From: Styela clava
Taxonomy: Eukaryota
Direction of reading: 5' to 3'
Assembly: GCF_964204865.1 (NCBI RefSeq)
Contig: NC_135255.1
Location: 7,502,001 to 7,566,000, forward strand
DNA: 64,000 bases
Translations under genes and position numbers: made by a program
Part shown: piece by piece, positions 1 through 13,424 of the stretch
Layout: every line of letters begins with the position of its first letter
Numbering within the stretch: position 1 is the stretch's first letter
The notes under the pieces: model-generated
Database searches by the model: none
Told to the model about the DNA's origin: nothing
The model's input: the letters and a program-made list of their open reading frames with translations, nothing else

Positions 1-48
1 ATTAAAGTGCACGTTTTGCTTTATTAATTGTCATTAAATTAAATTTAA

Positions 49-375
<327 letters not shown>

Positions 376-621
376 CTTTGATTATTTATTTTGCTCCTTC
401 GCAAACTAGAATTCAATACGAAGAGTTGATTCTGAAAATAATAAATAATCGGAATAAAATAATTTGAATAAATGTGAACCTGGTACAAAGGCATCAGCGT
501 CTCGTTATCATATTCTCCTTTGAATGAGAACGACCATGGGTATCTCAGTTTTATCTCTTTAGCGCTAAAACTAGACTCTACTGATGAGATGCTAATGCTA
601 CATGAAAAGACAAGTGCAGTT

Positions 622-706
622 ATCACTTATCGATCTTTAGATCGGTAAGTATGTTGATAGGTATTTGTCTGTCTGTTTGTCTGTTAGATGCACGCGATAT
701 CTCACG
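622..706 (+). mobile_element. 5' fragment of HINE/DINE-1-like element, truncated where identity between the two actin units ends
   Basis: Identical to 5917-6001 (subTIR, short IR, GTCT microsatellite) but stops at 706. Confidence 0.75.
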
Positions 707-836
707 CAGTCGTCAAACTCGGTTGGCTGTGAGTTCTCACCCGTTCTTCCAAATACTTCAATTATATATGTGGAATTCACTGCCACATAGCTGTTTTCTT
801 GAATGTGTGACATATACTATTTAATGACGGGACGGG

Positions 837-1148
837 TGTCACAGTTTGGGTTTTGCTACTGTGATAGTTAATATATCAGAAGACTCAAAATTTCGGATTG
901 GTTATTTATCGATACCGCAACTCTACACTTGAAACAAAAGAAGCAGCAGACACAACCAAGAAGCAGCCGACCCCTAGCCCGACGAAGAAAGCAAGAGAAA
1001 TATTTTCTGTCGCACGTGTAATGGGTTGTACGAGTCGGATAATACATATTCGGATGTTAACACAGCATCTAATAAGGGGTTAGCATAATAGTATATAAGC
1101 ATAAAATATATATACAAAGCATAAAAACGTACACTATGGTCCGTGACA
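837..1148 (-). mobile_element. Solo LTR (Gypsy-like, 312 bp)
   Basis: TGTCAC...GTGACA termini; perfect 4-bp TSD CGGG (833-836 / 1149-1152); homologous to 20444-20773 (shared tcagaagactcaaa.att.cggattgg). Strand inferred from the AATAAA on the minus strand of the other copy. Confidence 0.8.
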
Positions 1149-2252
1149 CGGGTCCGGTATTACAGAGATTCGACGAATACGAGTAATAATAAGTCATGGA
1201 CGTAAATAGAGTGTTCAATAGAAAGTTCATGACGTCATAACGTAAAAAAAGAAAAATACGTTTCAGACTGCACTACCACAATTGTCACCAAGATATGTCG
1301 TATCTGGTATTTCATTGCAAAATGGTGCCGTAGTAGCTGTTCAATCATTTTGGAAAGATATTTTTACATTTGTTTTTAACTCCAATACAAACGAGAATAT
1401 ACCGTACGGTGTAGTAGGAAAGATTATAATCGACAAACTATATCGAACTGCCGCGAAAGAAGTCATCTGAGTTAAATAAATATAATCTTCAGTCGGCCGT
1501 CTCATGTTTAGTCCCCACGCCCATATATGCAACTGCACGTTCACTGATATGCATATTCCAGAAGCGATGGAAGATCCACCCGGCGCATTTAATTCTTCAA
1601 TTTAATTCACGCCGTTAAAAGAGGCGATTCTCAGATTTTTTTCATAGGAGGGAATTGCCGAAAAGACAGTTAATTACATGATGTTAATAGGCAAATATGG
1701 AAATGCTGGAAAAATTAATTGTTTCAGGCGCTAAATACAACCTGGATTGAAAAAGCAAATCTAATTTCAACTGAAAAATAAGGATGTAAATATTAAGAAT
1801 AAAAAGCGGTATCATAATATATGTATATGTAAAATGAAAAAACTATAAAATATGTTTTAGGAGTGCCGCGACAGATAAAAAACTCTATTTTATACGTGGT
1901 TAAATCGCAAAATTTCGCAATTTTCAATCGGAAACTATACCGTAGTCACCTGGAGTTGATCCAATCCATTATTAAAATACCAGCGGATTGCACACGACTT
2001 AATTTCTCATTATGATGATGATACTAATCAATGTAATAATGTAAAATTTTATCGTCGACCTTGGGATTTTGCTAACGGTGATATCTTGAAAATATTATTG
2101 AGCGGCTTAAATTTAACAATTTTCCAAGATCGCAAAAATGCGAATATATCTAATTATATTCGGGAATTACACCATATATTTTTATGTACGCAGATTGCAG
2201 TATTTCAGAGCAATAATACTTTTATTTTATTGTAATCGTAGGTAGACGCAAC

Positions 2253-2439
2253 GGTGACCGTACATTTGAACCCATGTGTATATCCGCAGGTTCAATTTAT
2301 ATGCGGGTGCTAAGACCCTTGGGTTAGGGTTAGTATATGTTCAAATATCCGTGAAACAAAAAAATTTCCATAGGTACAATAATATGCAGGGGCAATTGTC
2401 GTGGGTTCAAATGTAAGTTGTTTCAAATGTAATGGAACC
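2253..2439. mobile_element. Merlin-like MITE containing GGGTTAGGGTTAG
   Basis: GG...CC termini with imperfect TIR (tacatttgaa / ttcaaatgta); 9-bp TSD agacgcaac / aggcgcaac. Confidence 0.7.
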
Positions 2440-2914
2440 AGGCGCAACGGCGAGTTACGTTAAAAATAATTACATTAATATGGCAAACCCTTGTTAATAC
2501 TCATATCGGCCATGGACTGACTATTTTGCGCAACAGGAAAATAATCATCGACGAAAAAATCGGCAATATCAACGAATGACGTAATCGCGAGCTAGGACTG
2601 TTTCGATCTCTTATTATTATTGGACACGAAATGGAACTGTGGAGCGTTTTGGTATTATGTTGTTGGGTGAATCCTAACTCGATTTGACGAATTTATCAGT
2701 ATTCAGTTTTCATATCGATAAAATTTCCGGCGTGAACTAACCGAACACAACTGTAAATTTGACTAACGTTTGCGATTTCGTGGAAAGAAAATAACCAACA
2801 AAGGGCAAAAGAGGGATTATTACTCGCAATGATTATACTTACAGTTTGTTAACCCCCTCAATTTCCAATATATATATATATATATTAAATATTCACCGGT
2901 AAAAATGACTGTGG

Positions 2915-3095
2915 ATTCAAACATTCACGGGTGCCGATGTCTGTGCATGAAAATGTCCATGTCTGCAAATGTACGTGAGTGAAAATTCCGTTTGTGTAAA
3001 TGTATATGGGTACAAGCGTCTATGCGTGCTCAAGTTCGTGTGTGCAATTGTGCCGCAGGAAATATCGCCGAATGAAATTTTTCCGCATATGAAAA
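2915..3095. repeat. Degenerate ~15-bp tandem repeat (aaatgtccgtgtgtg-like), probably MITE subterminal repeats
   Basis: Recurring aaatgt/aaattcc...gtg units at about 15-bp spacing. Confidence 0.4.
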
Positions 3096-3154
3096 ATAGC
3101 AAGAGCATTTTGCTGTAAAACAAGTATTTGTGATAAAAACAGTTTGGTTTATAG

Positions 3155-3230
3155 CAGTGGTTCTCAACCTGTGGTACGTGTACCACTAGTGGTCTGCGGG
3201 AGCTTTTCAAGTGGTACGCGAGCAGATTTG
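3155..3230. mobile_element. Left end of hAT (Charlie-type) MITE
   Basis: CAGTGGTTCTCAACCTGTGGTACG terminus with GTGGTACG subterminal repeats; right end and TSD not located. Confidence 0.6.
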
Positions 3231-4084
3231 AATTATTGCAACAATTAACCTTTCAGTTGGCTAAAATATGCCGGCAACGCTTTATATTTCTTACTGTATG
3301 TACTCGCTGAACATCGTTTATGGATGTTTCCCCAAGCTTCAGTTTTCTTGTTCATTCCCGTAACCATAACCAATCAGCAATAAGTCAATAATGTCGCAAC
3401 ACGTAACAATTGCATTTTCGCACCCAGCTGCTCAGACACTTCCGTCGCCCAAACAGATATTCAAGCATGGTTGCAAACATTGCCTCGTTTTTGTAGTTTC
3501 GAGTGATATTTGTCAGTGTTAGTTTTGTTTCAAGAAAATAATTGTGAATTAATTAACTTAAATGTCATTATGTCTTCCGCGGAGCTTTAATTTATTTGCA
3601 GTAATTAATAATGAATCTCGTAAATGCTGCGATGGACAAGGCTAAACTTAGCTATATATATATATATCAGTACCTGCAAACGGTACATGGTTGACTAATT
3701 TTAATACAAATGATGGTTTCAAACACGTAAACCAGTTTATATGCCCCAACACTTTCAGAATAAGCATAAAGTTTGCAATAGTAAAGTATAGGGATAATTT
3801 TTCCGGGGTCAATGGTCGTGGAAACGTCTATAGCGCTGGTCCGCTACCAGTCCTTGTCTTTAAAGATCGCCCTCTTCCGCTATTGCCCACCTTAAATGAA
3901 GCGATATGGGCATGTTATTGTCCGTTTTGCGTGTTACGCCACAAAGAATGTAGTGCCACATCATAAAATACTCCCATAGCACGTTTCTTGTGTCTTTTTC
4001 CTTACGCCAAAAAAGGGGCTTTGTCGGTGGTACGCGGCCATAGTAAATACAGTAAAGTGGTACGCGGTAATATATCTTATCTTC

Positions 4085-4247
4085 CCTTTTATGGTGTCTA
4101 AATAAAAGTGCAAGTTGTCACGCGGTTTAAGTGTCACGAAAATGTGTGAAAATATGCTAAAATAGGTTGTGAATAGTGCTGGATAAAAATTTAAAACAGC
4201 TGGGATGTTGAAATTTCGTACATCCAAGACATCAAGTAATATAAATA
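4085..4247 (+). promoter_or_regulatory. Muscle actin proximal promoter: CArG box, E-box, TATA box
   Basis: CCTTTTATGG (perfect CArG, 4085-4094); CAGCTG (MRF-type E-box, 4197-4202); TATAAATA (4240-4247) about 80 bp before the ATG; several GTGTCA/GTGTGA T-box-like half-sites in between. Confidence 0.7.
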
Positions 4248-4325
4248 AGTGCGTAGATCAAATTTTATCATCATTCGACAGTTCAAGTCTTCTAATCTAC
4301 AAATACATTAATATTCCTAAGTTAA

Positions 4326-5670
<1,345 letters not shown>

Positions 5671-5916
5671 CTTTGATTATTTATTTTGCTCCTTCGCAAA
5701 CTAGAATTCAATACGAAGAGTTGATTCTGAAAATAATAAATAATCGGAATAAAATAATTTGAATAAATGTGAACCTGGTACAAAGGCATCAGCGTCTCGT
5801 TATCATATTCTCCTTTGAATGAGAACGACCATGGGTATCTCAGTTTTATCTCTTTAGCGCTGAAACTAGACTCTACTGATGAGATGCTAATGCTACATGA
5901 AAAGACAAGTGCAGTT

Positions 5917-6207
5917 ATCACTTATCGATCTTTAGATCGGTAAGTATGTTGATAGGTATTTGTCTGTCTGTTTGTCTGTTAGATGCACGCGATATCTCAC
6001 GAAGGCGTTGTTGAATCTGCTCCAAATTTTGCATGTGCATTCATCATATTTCGGACCAGAAGCCTATTGATTTTGGATAAATTATGTCGTATAATTAGCG
6101 AGTTATTAATCAATTAGTGATGGGACACGCGGTGTCACTATAGAGTCATGGATCGAAACCGCAGTTTCGATCGATAAGTCTTCGGTCTCCGACCGATTTT
6201 CTCGTTT
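5917..6207 (+). mobile_element. Helentron-associated HINE / DINE-1-like non-autonomous element
   Basis: subTIR acttatcgatc (5920-5930), short IR gatcggtaagt (5935-5945), (GTCT/GTTT)n microsatellite, 3' subTIR gatcgataagt (6169-6179), stem-loop tcggtc-tcc-gaccga (6182-6196), T-rich end, no TSD. Second copy at 44286-44592. Confidence 0.8.
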
Positions 6208-8549
6208 AACACTTTGTGGCGTCTGAAGCTGCCGTGAAACCATGGTGGGAATGTCAAACCAATGCCGCTATGGCCAAACCACGGCGGGAGACTTTTAGGC
6301 TGTTACAAGCAATGGCGTGTGGCAGAGTACCACGGCAGCATATTAGAAACCATGGCGGGTAAAATAGTGCATGTGGTAAGATTTCATGACATCCATTTGT
6401 AACATGCCATGAACAACGACAGGAGCTGCCGCAACCACGCCCCGTAATAACAACCTTTGGAAGCGTCCTATACGAGCCGTCATGTAATTGTTAAAACGTT
6501 TCGTAACTGATAGACCTCGCATCTTAATCTTTTGCTGGTATATGCCGTATTACGCCAATGTTCACCTTGTATGTAAATACTGGATTTCTCGTCCACCGAC
6601 TTATTATGTCTATTGCGCAAATTTTAAAAGGGATGCCACTCGTCAATGCAACGTAGTACATCTACTTGCACTCTACGGTTGTTCATGTAAAAAATCTAAA
6701 ATCACTCATTCTAATGTTTTATGGCTTGGAGTTGGTGGTTGATTTTTTTCTTTTAGCAGAATTTTATATCTTTCAGCAAATCTCTCCTTTGCTTTCTTTC
6801 CAGGAAGAAAATTGCACGTAATAAATTCGTATCGTAATAGTTATTGATGAAATCGCCCCCTGAGTTGGTCCGCTCCATATTTTGTGTTATAATAATTTGA
6901 TATGAAATTGTTTTTATAAAGCATGGGCGGGTTTTTACTGGTGGTAGAGCATGTTTCATTTCTATACGATCGAAAAATTCAAATACAGCGCGCCAACACA
7001 TAATTCGTTCATATATATATACATCAGAAAAGATAAATGTTTTATTATCACATGGGAATTCATAACTAGATATGGTATGAACTGATCTTTATAGAGGTAA
7101 AAAATACACATCACGTATAAGCGTCAATTAGTGAAAACGAAAGTGATTAAGGATTCGGCAAAATGACGTGGACTTGAAATTGAACCCGAGTCCAAAAAAT
7201 GTGTGGATTCGAGTCCAGATCCTAATCTCGTCCCATCCCCAATACTAACTCGCAACAATCGGTATTTACTCACGCGCAATTCTATACTATATTGATTTAT
7301 AGTCTCAGTAGCTTTCGGCACCTTAATAGTTGCCCGTGGATTAATTTAATATATTTCCGAGTAAATGCGTTTGACCTTGCTTCGAGCAAATTTTCTTGTA
7401 AACAAAAATTATCTAGCGGAAAATAGATATGACACTGTGCCGCGTCTTTATTCTCATTTTGCGCTCAAATTTGCGCTCTGATTTTTTTGCTTCTATTACA
7501 TAAGGCACAACGTGACTTTCCCGAATCAGGTTTTTAAGTATTGACAAAATCAATTCCCAGTCATCACGTCGTAACATGACATCATCATATGTTAACATGA
7601 CGTAACAGTAATTTTTTATTCTAACTACAATATCAGTCATACAAAGGCGTTTGGGAGTTCTGTATTCTTTAAATTTTCCGTGCTGACAATGAAAATTAGC
7701 ATTCAGTAAATTTAATATATTGAACATAGCCAGCTCACAAAATTTGGTCCTAACAGCGACAGATTGTCCATTATGACCGCTGTAGGAACGATACAGGTAG
7801 GCCTATGACATGTTAACATTTTATGCACATGATAGGTCAGTTCAGGACAAGTATCATTTTATATTTTCTTATTCATCCATGTGACCGGGAGTTTCCAAAT
7901 TACATAAAATTCTGACAACGTTTTCATGAATCGTGACTAATTTTAATATTCTGCCAACTAATTAATGACAAAATAAAATTAATGAAAGATCTAATAATTT
8001 ATTGTTTTAGACAATTCATCATATCTCGACTAGACAATACGACAAATGTTTCGAATCATGTCAGTTTTTGTCGCGTTTCTTGAAATATATCCAAATTTTA
8101 ACTATCAATATTGGAACGTATGAAAAACTTGTCAGAAATAACTTCCCTGGAATTTAAGTCTCAGTTCAGAGGGGTTACAGTGGTTATGGTCATGATATAA
8201 CATCTAATTTTACTGGCTTTACATAACTATATCTTAACAGTGAAGTGTAAATTGGTATTTTTAGGCATCTGATAGACTTGACTAGACAATCGAATTCAAA
8301 ATGTGTTTTTGGAGTAGCATCGTCTACAGTAGACGATATATGCAAATAAAATTCGTTTAAAAATAAGGCGATACATATATTACGTAATGTATTGCTTTTT
8401 ACACAAAGAAGATATAGTTACACGAAAGGACTATTTTTTCAAGGAGGAATTACTTTCACAGGTAGTTAGTGCAGGTTTGCTTCGTTATTGTAGGAGGCAG
8501 TTCGAACTTTTTAAAACTCTTTTATCTGGAATACTTTATTGTAATTTAC

Positions 8550-9339
8550 TAGGGTTGTAAAATTCAGAATATCGAGTCGAAGCGATTCGAATCAACATCA
8601 ATTCGAATTGATTCGAAGCAATTTCAGAAAAAAAAGCTTAATTGTGTTTGACTGCTTAAAATCTTAAGAAGTTTTACAAATATGTCAACATATAAACAAC
8701 ATCATTACATCATTCTTTAAAAACATAGCTCTGTGATGTTTCCCTGGTAATCATTGCTCTTTTTGGCGACAACGGTACTTCCGTTTGATATATAGATAAA
8801 TTCTGAAGGACAATTTTAGAAGAAAATGATAACCATACTTCCGGTATTGTTGGCAAACGAAAATTTATGTAATGAAAAATTAATATGTAACTAAGTGTAT
8901 CCAGTGGTGGGATCCAAATTTTTTGTCAGCCGGTTCCTTCACAAAAGTTATATATATTTTTTAGTTGGTTCTGTTACAAGCAGAGCATTGACAGTAACTA
9001 GTAATTCTAACTGGTTCGCTGATCTCATAAAATTCCGTGAGACGGTTCTATAGAACCGGTGCGAACCGGCTGAATCCCACCAGTGAGTGTATCTCTATGT
9101 AAAAAAAATTCAATTTTCTCAGACTGAATAGATCGGGTATTTGTTGCATACATAGAATGAATTTCATCTACTAGCTCATTCATTCTTTAGTTCATAAATA
9201 TTATTTAATCTCAGTTATCCTGTGGTTATTCTAAATTTGGGTAAAGTTAATGATAATATGATATTATACTAAATAGAATCAGATCCGGAAATACTTGAAT
9301 TCTGATTCGAAAACTAAATATTCAAAACTTACAACCCCG
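8550..9339. mobile_element. Degenerate hAT-like MITE (TAGGGTTGTAA...TTACAACCC) hosting a nested MITE
   Basis: Inverted termini and GATTCGAA-type subterminal repeats at both ends; no clean TSD. Confidence 0.5.
8902..9085. mobile_element. hAT MITE
   Basis: CAGTGGTGGGAT...ATCCCACCAGTG termini, AACCGG repeats, perfect 8-bp TSD agtgtatc. Confidence 0.85.
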
Positions 9340-11199
9340 ATTGTGAGTTCTAAGCTAACCTCCATCGTTACCATTATTCAATAATTTGCCAAGTGCCTCG
9401 AATGCACTGCAGCCATGAGCAATAAAAAATTGTTGTGATTGTTTATGATAGAATTACAATTTTATCGCAATGGAGAGGAAAGCCGAGCGCACTGTACATT
9501 ACCACGATGACGAATATCAGTGATATAAAACACTTTTTCATCGTGATTTACTCTTGCAGTATATCATTCAATAGTATTTTATGAAGTAAAAGTTATTCAA
9601 ACAATATGCCCATACGAATTTATACTCCATTTCTCATTTAGCATGATAGTCACTACGTCACTGAGAAGTTAATATTTTGGAACTTCTTGGGAAGTCGGGA
9701 ACTATTAATAAAGTTTGTAGATTATGAGGACACATTTTTTCTCTTTGTGACGATAAAAATTTCAACAATTTGAAACTTTACGTTATCTCAAGTCTCTGTA
9801 AAAATATTCTCTAGTTTGTGAGAAGGTTAGTCAACAGTTTCAGTCACGACTCTAACGTTACGTTGGCAAATTCACTATTTCCAGACATTGTCATTCTGCG
9901 AGTTTTTTGTAGTATTGTCGTGACCAAGTTTGAATCGGTATAAAATCAAGTTATATCGTGATAGATCAGATGTACACTAGAAATTACCATTTGTACATAC
10001 TACCTTTCTATAGTTCAGTAACCTACTGTTGACTCTAATTAGCTGAACATATAAATATTTTTTCAAATGTTTTAAACTTTTCATTCAATGTTTGTTAAAT
10101 TATGGTTTAAACTGGTTAGCTATTCAGTTTTTGTTGCTTGCTGAAACATGAAATCAAAAGCTTAGGTAGGATTTATATTATTTCGATATTGATGTAAGAT
10201 TTTTATTTACTGGGCCTTAGATTATTTATGAGTAATAATAATTTCGATTTGGCCATGTCTGGCGTTTCAGGTAATAAAATACGATATGTACAGCATGGAA
10301 TTGATACTGAACAATATTGGTATGGTAGGATATTTTTGATATATTGTTAGCAGACTCCTTGGGTATATTTAGCAAATATTCTCTTAGAATGGAATTTGTT
10401 AACTTCTTGATCAAGATCAAAGTTGCTATATTTGATCTATAGTGGAGTTTGGCTTCCGGTCGCTGTCGCTCAGACACGCACGGTTAACGTTTGATCGATC
10501 GACCACGGATTGACCACCTGAACTTTGCTAAAACATTATTCCTTGATGACGATGTTGAAAGAAACATTTCAACGCCATTTTAAAAATATTTTAGTTTGGT
10601 CCATGTATTGCTTCTAGACCTTTCTTATAATTTAAGTGATACGTTTTTTATCAAATTGTTACAAAATTGAATAAAACATGAACTGATTTGATCAGAATTT
10701 AATTGAATTGTTGTAAAACAAATTGGATATCCGTTTGTACTTTTATTGAATCAGAAATCGAAAGTTTGAATTCACTAGTAATCGAAAATACACAAATCAA
10801 CTTGGCATGCCTCGATTTCTCAGTGTGATAGAAATTTTATTTTAACTTTCTATCACAACTCCTGTCAGGTCAACAAGTCGAAAAATTTCGTGATCTTTAA
10901 TTTTTGATATGATTTGTGATCCGACTCATTAGAATCATGAAATAAAGCAAATTGATCAATTCAGTGTTACTTTGTGTCTACCGGTAACTCAACCAATGTG
11001 CAAGTTAATTCCATATCGACCCTTTATAATGAGTTAAAAGTGAAAGGTGAAAACATTAGATTGCCAATATCTGCCAACAATGATACATATACTTTCATTT
11101 ACGGAACAGAAGTATATTTCACATACTCATTCATTGATAATTTATTTTCATTTGTATTTTACTAACTCATCGTTTATAGTGCCTGCAGAATTACTACGC

Positions 11200-11408
11200 G
11201 GTACTCCCGTGTGTACCAGGTTAGGGTTAGGCCACGATTTTAATTCAATTTTCCTTATTTTAGTTCTATTACGAGTTCGAGGACTGTTTGTGTTAGCCAA
11301 GTGAATATACCCCCTGCTCAAATGCTTCCGTCCCTTTACACAACTTGATGTAAAGTAGGCGAACAAAATTGGTTACCTCCATATTGGTACGCATACTTCT
11401 GGAGCGCC
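11200..11408. mobile_element. Merlin-like MITE containing GGTTAGGGTTAGG
   Basis: GGTACTCC...GGAGCGCC termini; 8-bp TSD tactacgc / tactaagc; same family as 61283-61467. Confidence 0.8.
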
Positions 11409-13223
11409 TACTAAGCCAAATTCAGAGATCCATCGTTTTATTTATTTTTTATTTCGCAATATTTATTCAAATGGCTGCAGGCCAACTGACACCACCTGTC
11501 ATCATATGTTCGAATGACCCGGATATTTAAAGATATAATTCATGGTATAAACATTTCTTGTCGTAATTAATCTTCAAAATTATTGCAAGTCCATTCCAAG
11601 TTCATATGTAATTAAAAATTCCTAATCAATGTGACAGATTATGTACGTCAATACCAAATTGTAATTTCACTCTCGAGCGGAAATATAGCATCCATACGAA
11701 CTACCATCCATTAATTGTAAGTGATTGATTGGCTTTCATTGGAAAATCAAAGTACGCGTAGGTTTCTTATTTTTTAATCCTTTAGTAGCTTTTTTGTGCG
11801 AATTTCAACATCGCGAACTTGTTGTTAGCATTGTGAATAGTTCGTACCAATTTTCAAGTGAAAGATAATCTAATTGTATATAGCGCTATAATCAAACGCT
11901 GCTATTTATTCAAAATATACACAGGTATACCAACGAAACTCTAGGGGAGAAGAGACTAAAAATAAATTATTTTTGGTATCGAAGATTTTTCAATTCGGCA
12001 TAGCAGTTTATTTAGCGAAAATATTAATATTACATTCAACTATTTTTTTAAATTATTTTAGCTTATTAAACATTTGACTCCTACCACAAAATTTTCATCA
12101 TGATTCAGCATTGCCAGAATAATGAGTCAATTGTTGTTTATTCAAATCATCAAAAATTGACGGAGATGAAAATAATTGAACTTTAATGCTACCTCAACAA
12201 AATTGACTCTCGAATAATACAACGTACTTTAATAGGTTTAAATTAAACTTGGTATATTTATCTTGCACGAATTTAAATTTTCGTTTTATAGACCTAATTA
12301 ATTTTGTTTAATTCGAGTAGTAAGCCGAAGGCTGATGGACATTTTAGAATAAATGACTAGACCGACTTAAATAGAATTTTACGAAAAACTGGTTTTCCAG
12401 CAATGTTGTCCATTTGTGGGAATATTTCGCGTAATGGAAATGTTTGAAAAGTGAACCTTGTCGTATATTTCAATTTTTTTTAAACTTTTAGTGAGAAGTG
12501 TTTTCATTTGGACCTGGTAAGCATGGCAAGAGAAGGTAATATATTCTAAAAAATGTTTCACGAGCAGTGGCATTTGAAATATTTTGTTACATTTTAAAAA
12601 CTATATATTTGGTTGAGCAGTAATTTTAGCCAGTTCGCAAAAGAAGTTAATAGAACCTTGACATTTAGTGTGTTTCTCATATATTTTTATTATGATTGGA
12701 TAACCGTGACTTTCGTGAACAGTAGATAGACTGTAAGCTTTCAAAACCTTTATTGTTTACGATACCGTGGATGATTATACTTGATGTAGCATCGAATACA
12801 TGAGAGAGAATTAGACGGATTTTGAGGCTAAGAACTAACGAAGAAGAAATTCTTTTGTAACAATCAAAGTTGTAACTGTCATGTAGATGTAGATGAAACA
12901 TGATATGCATTTTCAAAATATTTTTATAGAGGTTTTGTGGGATTATATGAATATCTTATTTTTTCATTCTAATATTATAGAATATAAGTGGATAGTAGAG
13001 CATGTATGTTTATATATTGTTTCTCGGATTACTCTTGAGTGTTGGACAGACGTTTGGTAAGAGAATGTTTATTTTACGCATGAGAAAACTCTTTTGCATC
13101 AAATAAACTCAAAGATTATCAGAAAATTGTCTTTTGTGGTTTATTTTATTTTGATAAGTTTGGGAAATTTTTGCTCGTCAATTTATTATGTAAATTGCTA
13201 AAGAATATGAATAGTTTTTTTTT

Positions 13224-13332
13224 GACCTCCTGAAGTATGCGCACCAAGATGGCGCACAACCTGAACTCAGGTTGTATACCAGGTTAGGGTTCAGGTTATG
13301 CGACATCTTGGTGCGCATACTTCAGGAGTACC
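13224..13332. mobile_element. Hairpin MITE related to the 11200 family
   Basis: Near-perfect foldback ctcctgaagtatgcgcaccaagatg...catcttggtgcgcatacttcaggag with central ggttagggtt; flanked on both sides by G(T)9-10. Confidence 0.75.
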
Positions 13333-13424
13333 GTTTTTTTTTTAAATTAACGTATTATGTGAGTTCGAAAATTTGTTTAGTTTTTCCCGTTGTAAATGAT
13401 ATTTTATTTCATCGTTTAAACAAG

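Noticed and set aside
4157-4165. MEF2-like CTAAAATAG in the actin promoter
   Set aside because: One A/T short of the CTA(A/T)4TAG consensus.
6205-6420. CCA(C/T)GGC repeats after TTAA resembling a piggyBac MITE or a spaced array
   Set aside because: Irregular spacing, no matching right TIR or TTAA; not CRISPR-like in a eukaryotic context.
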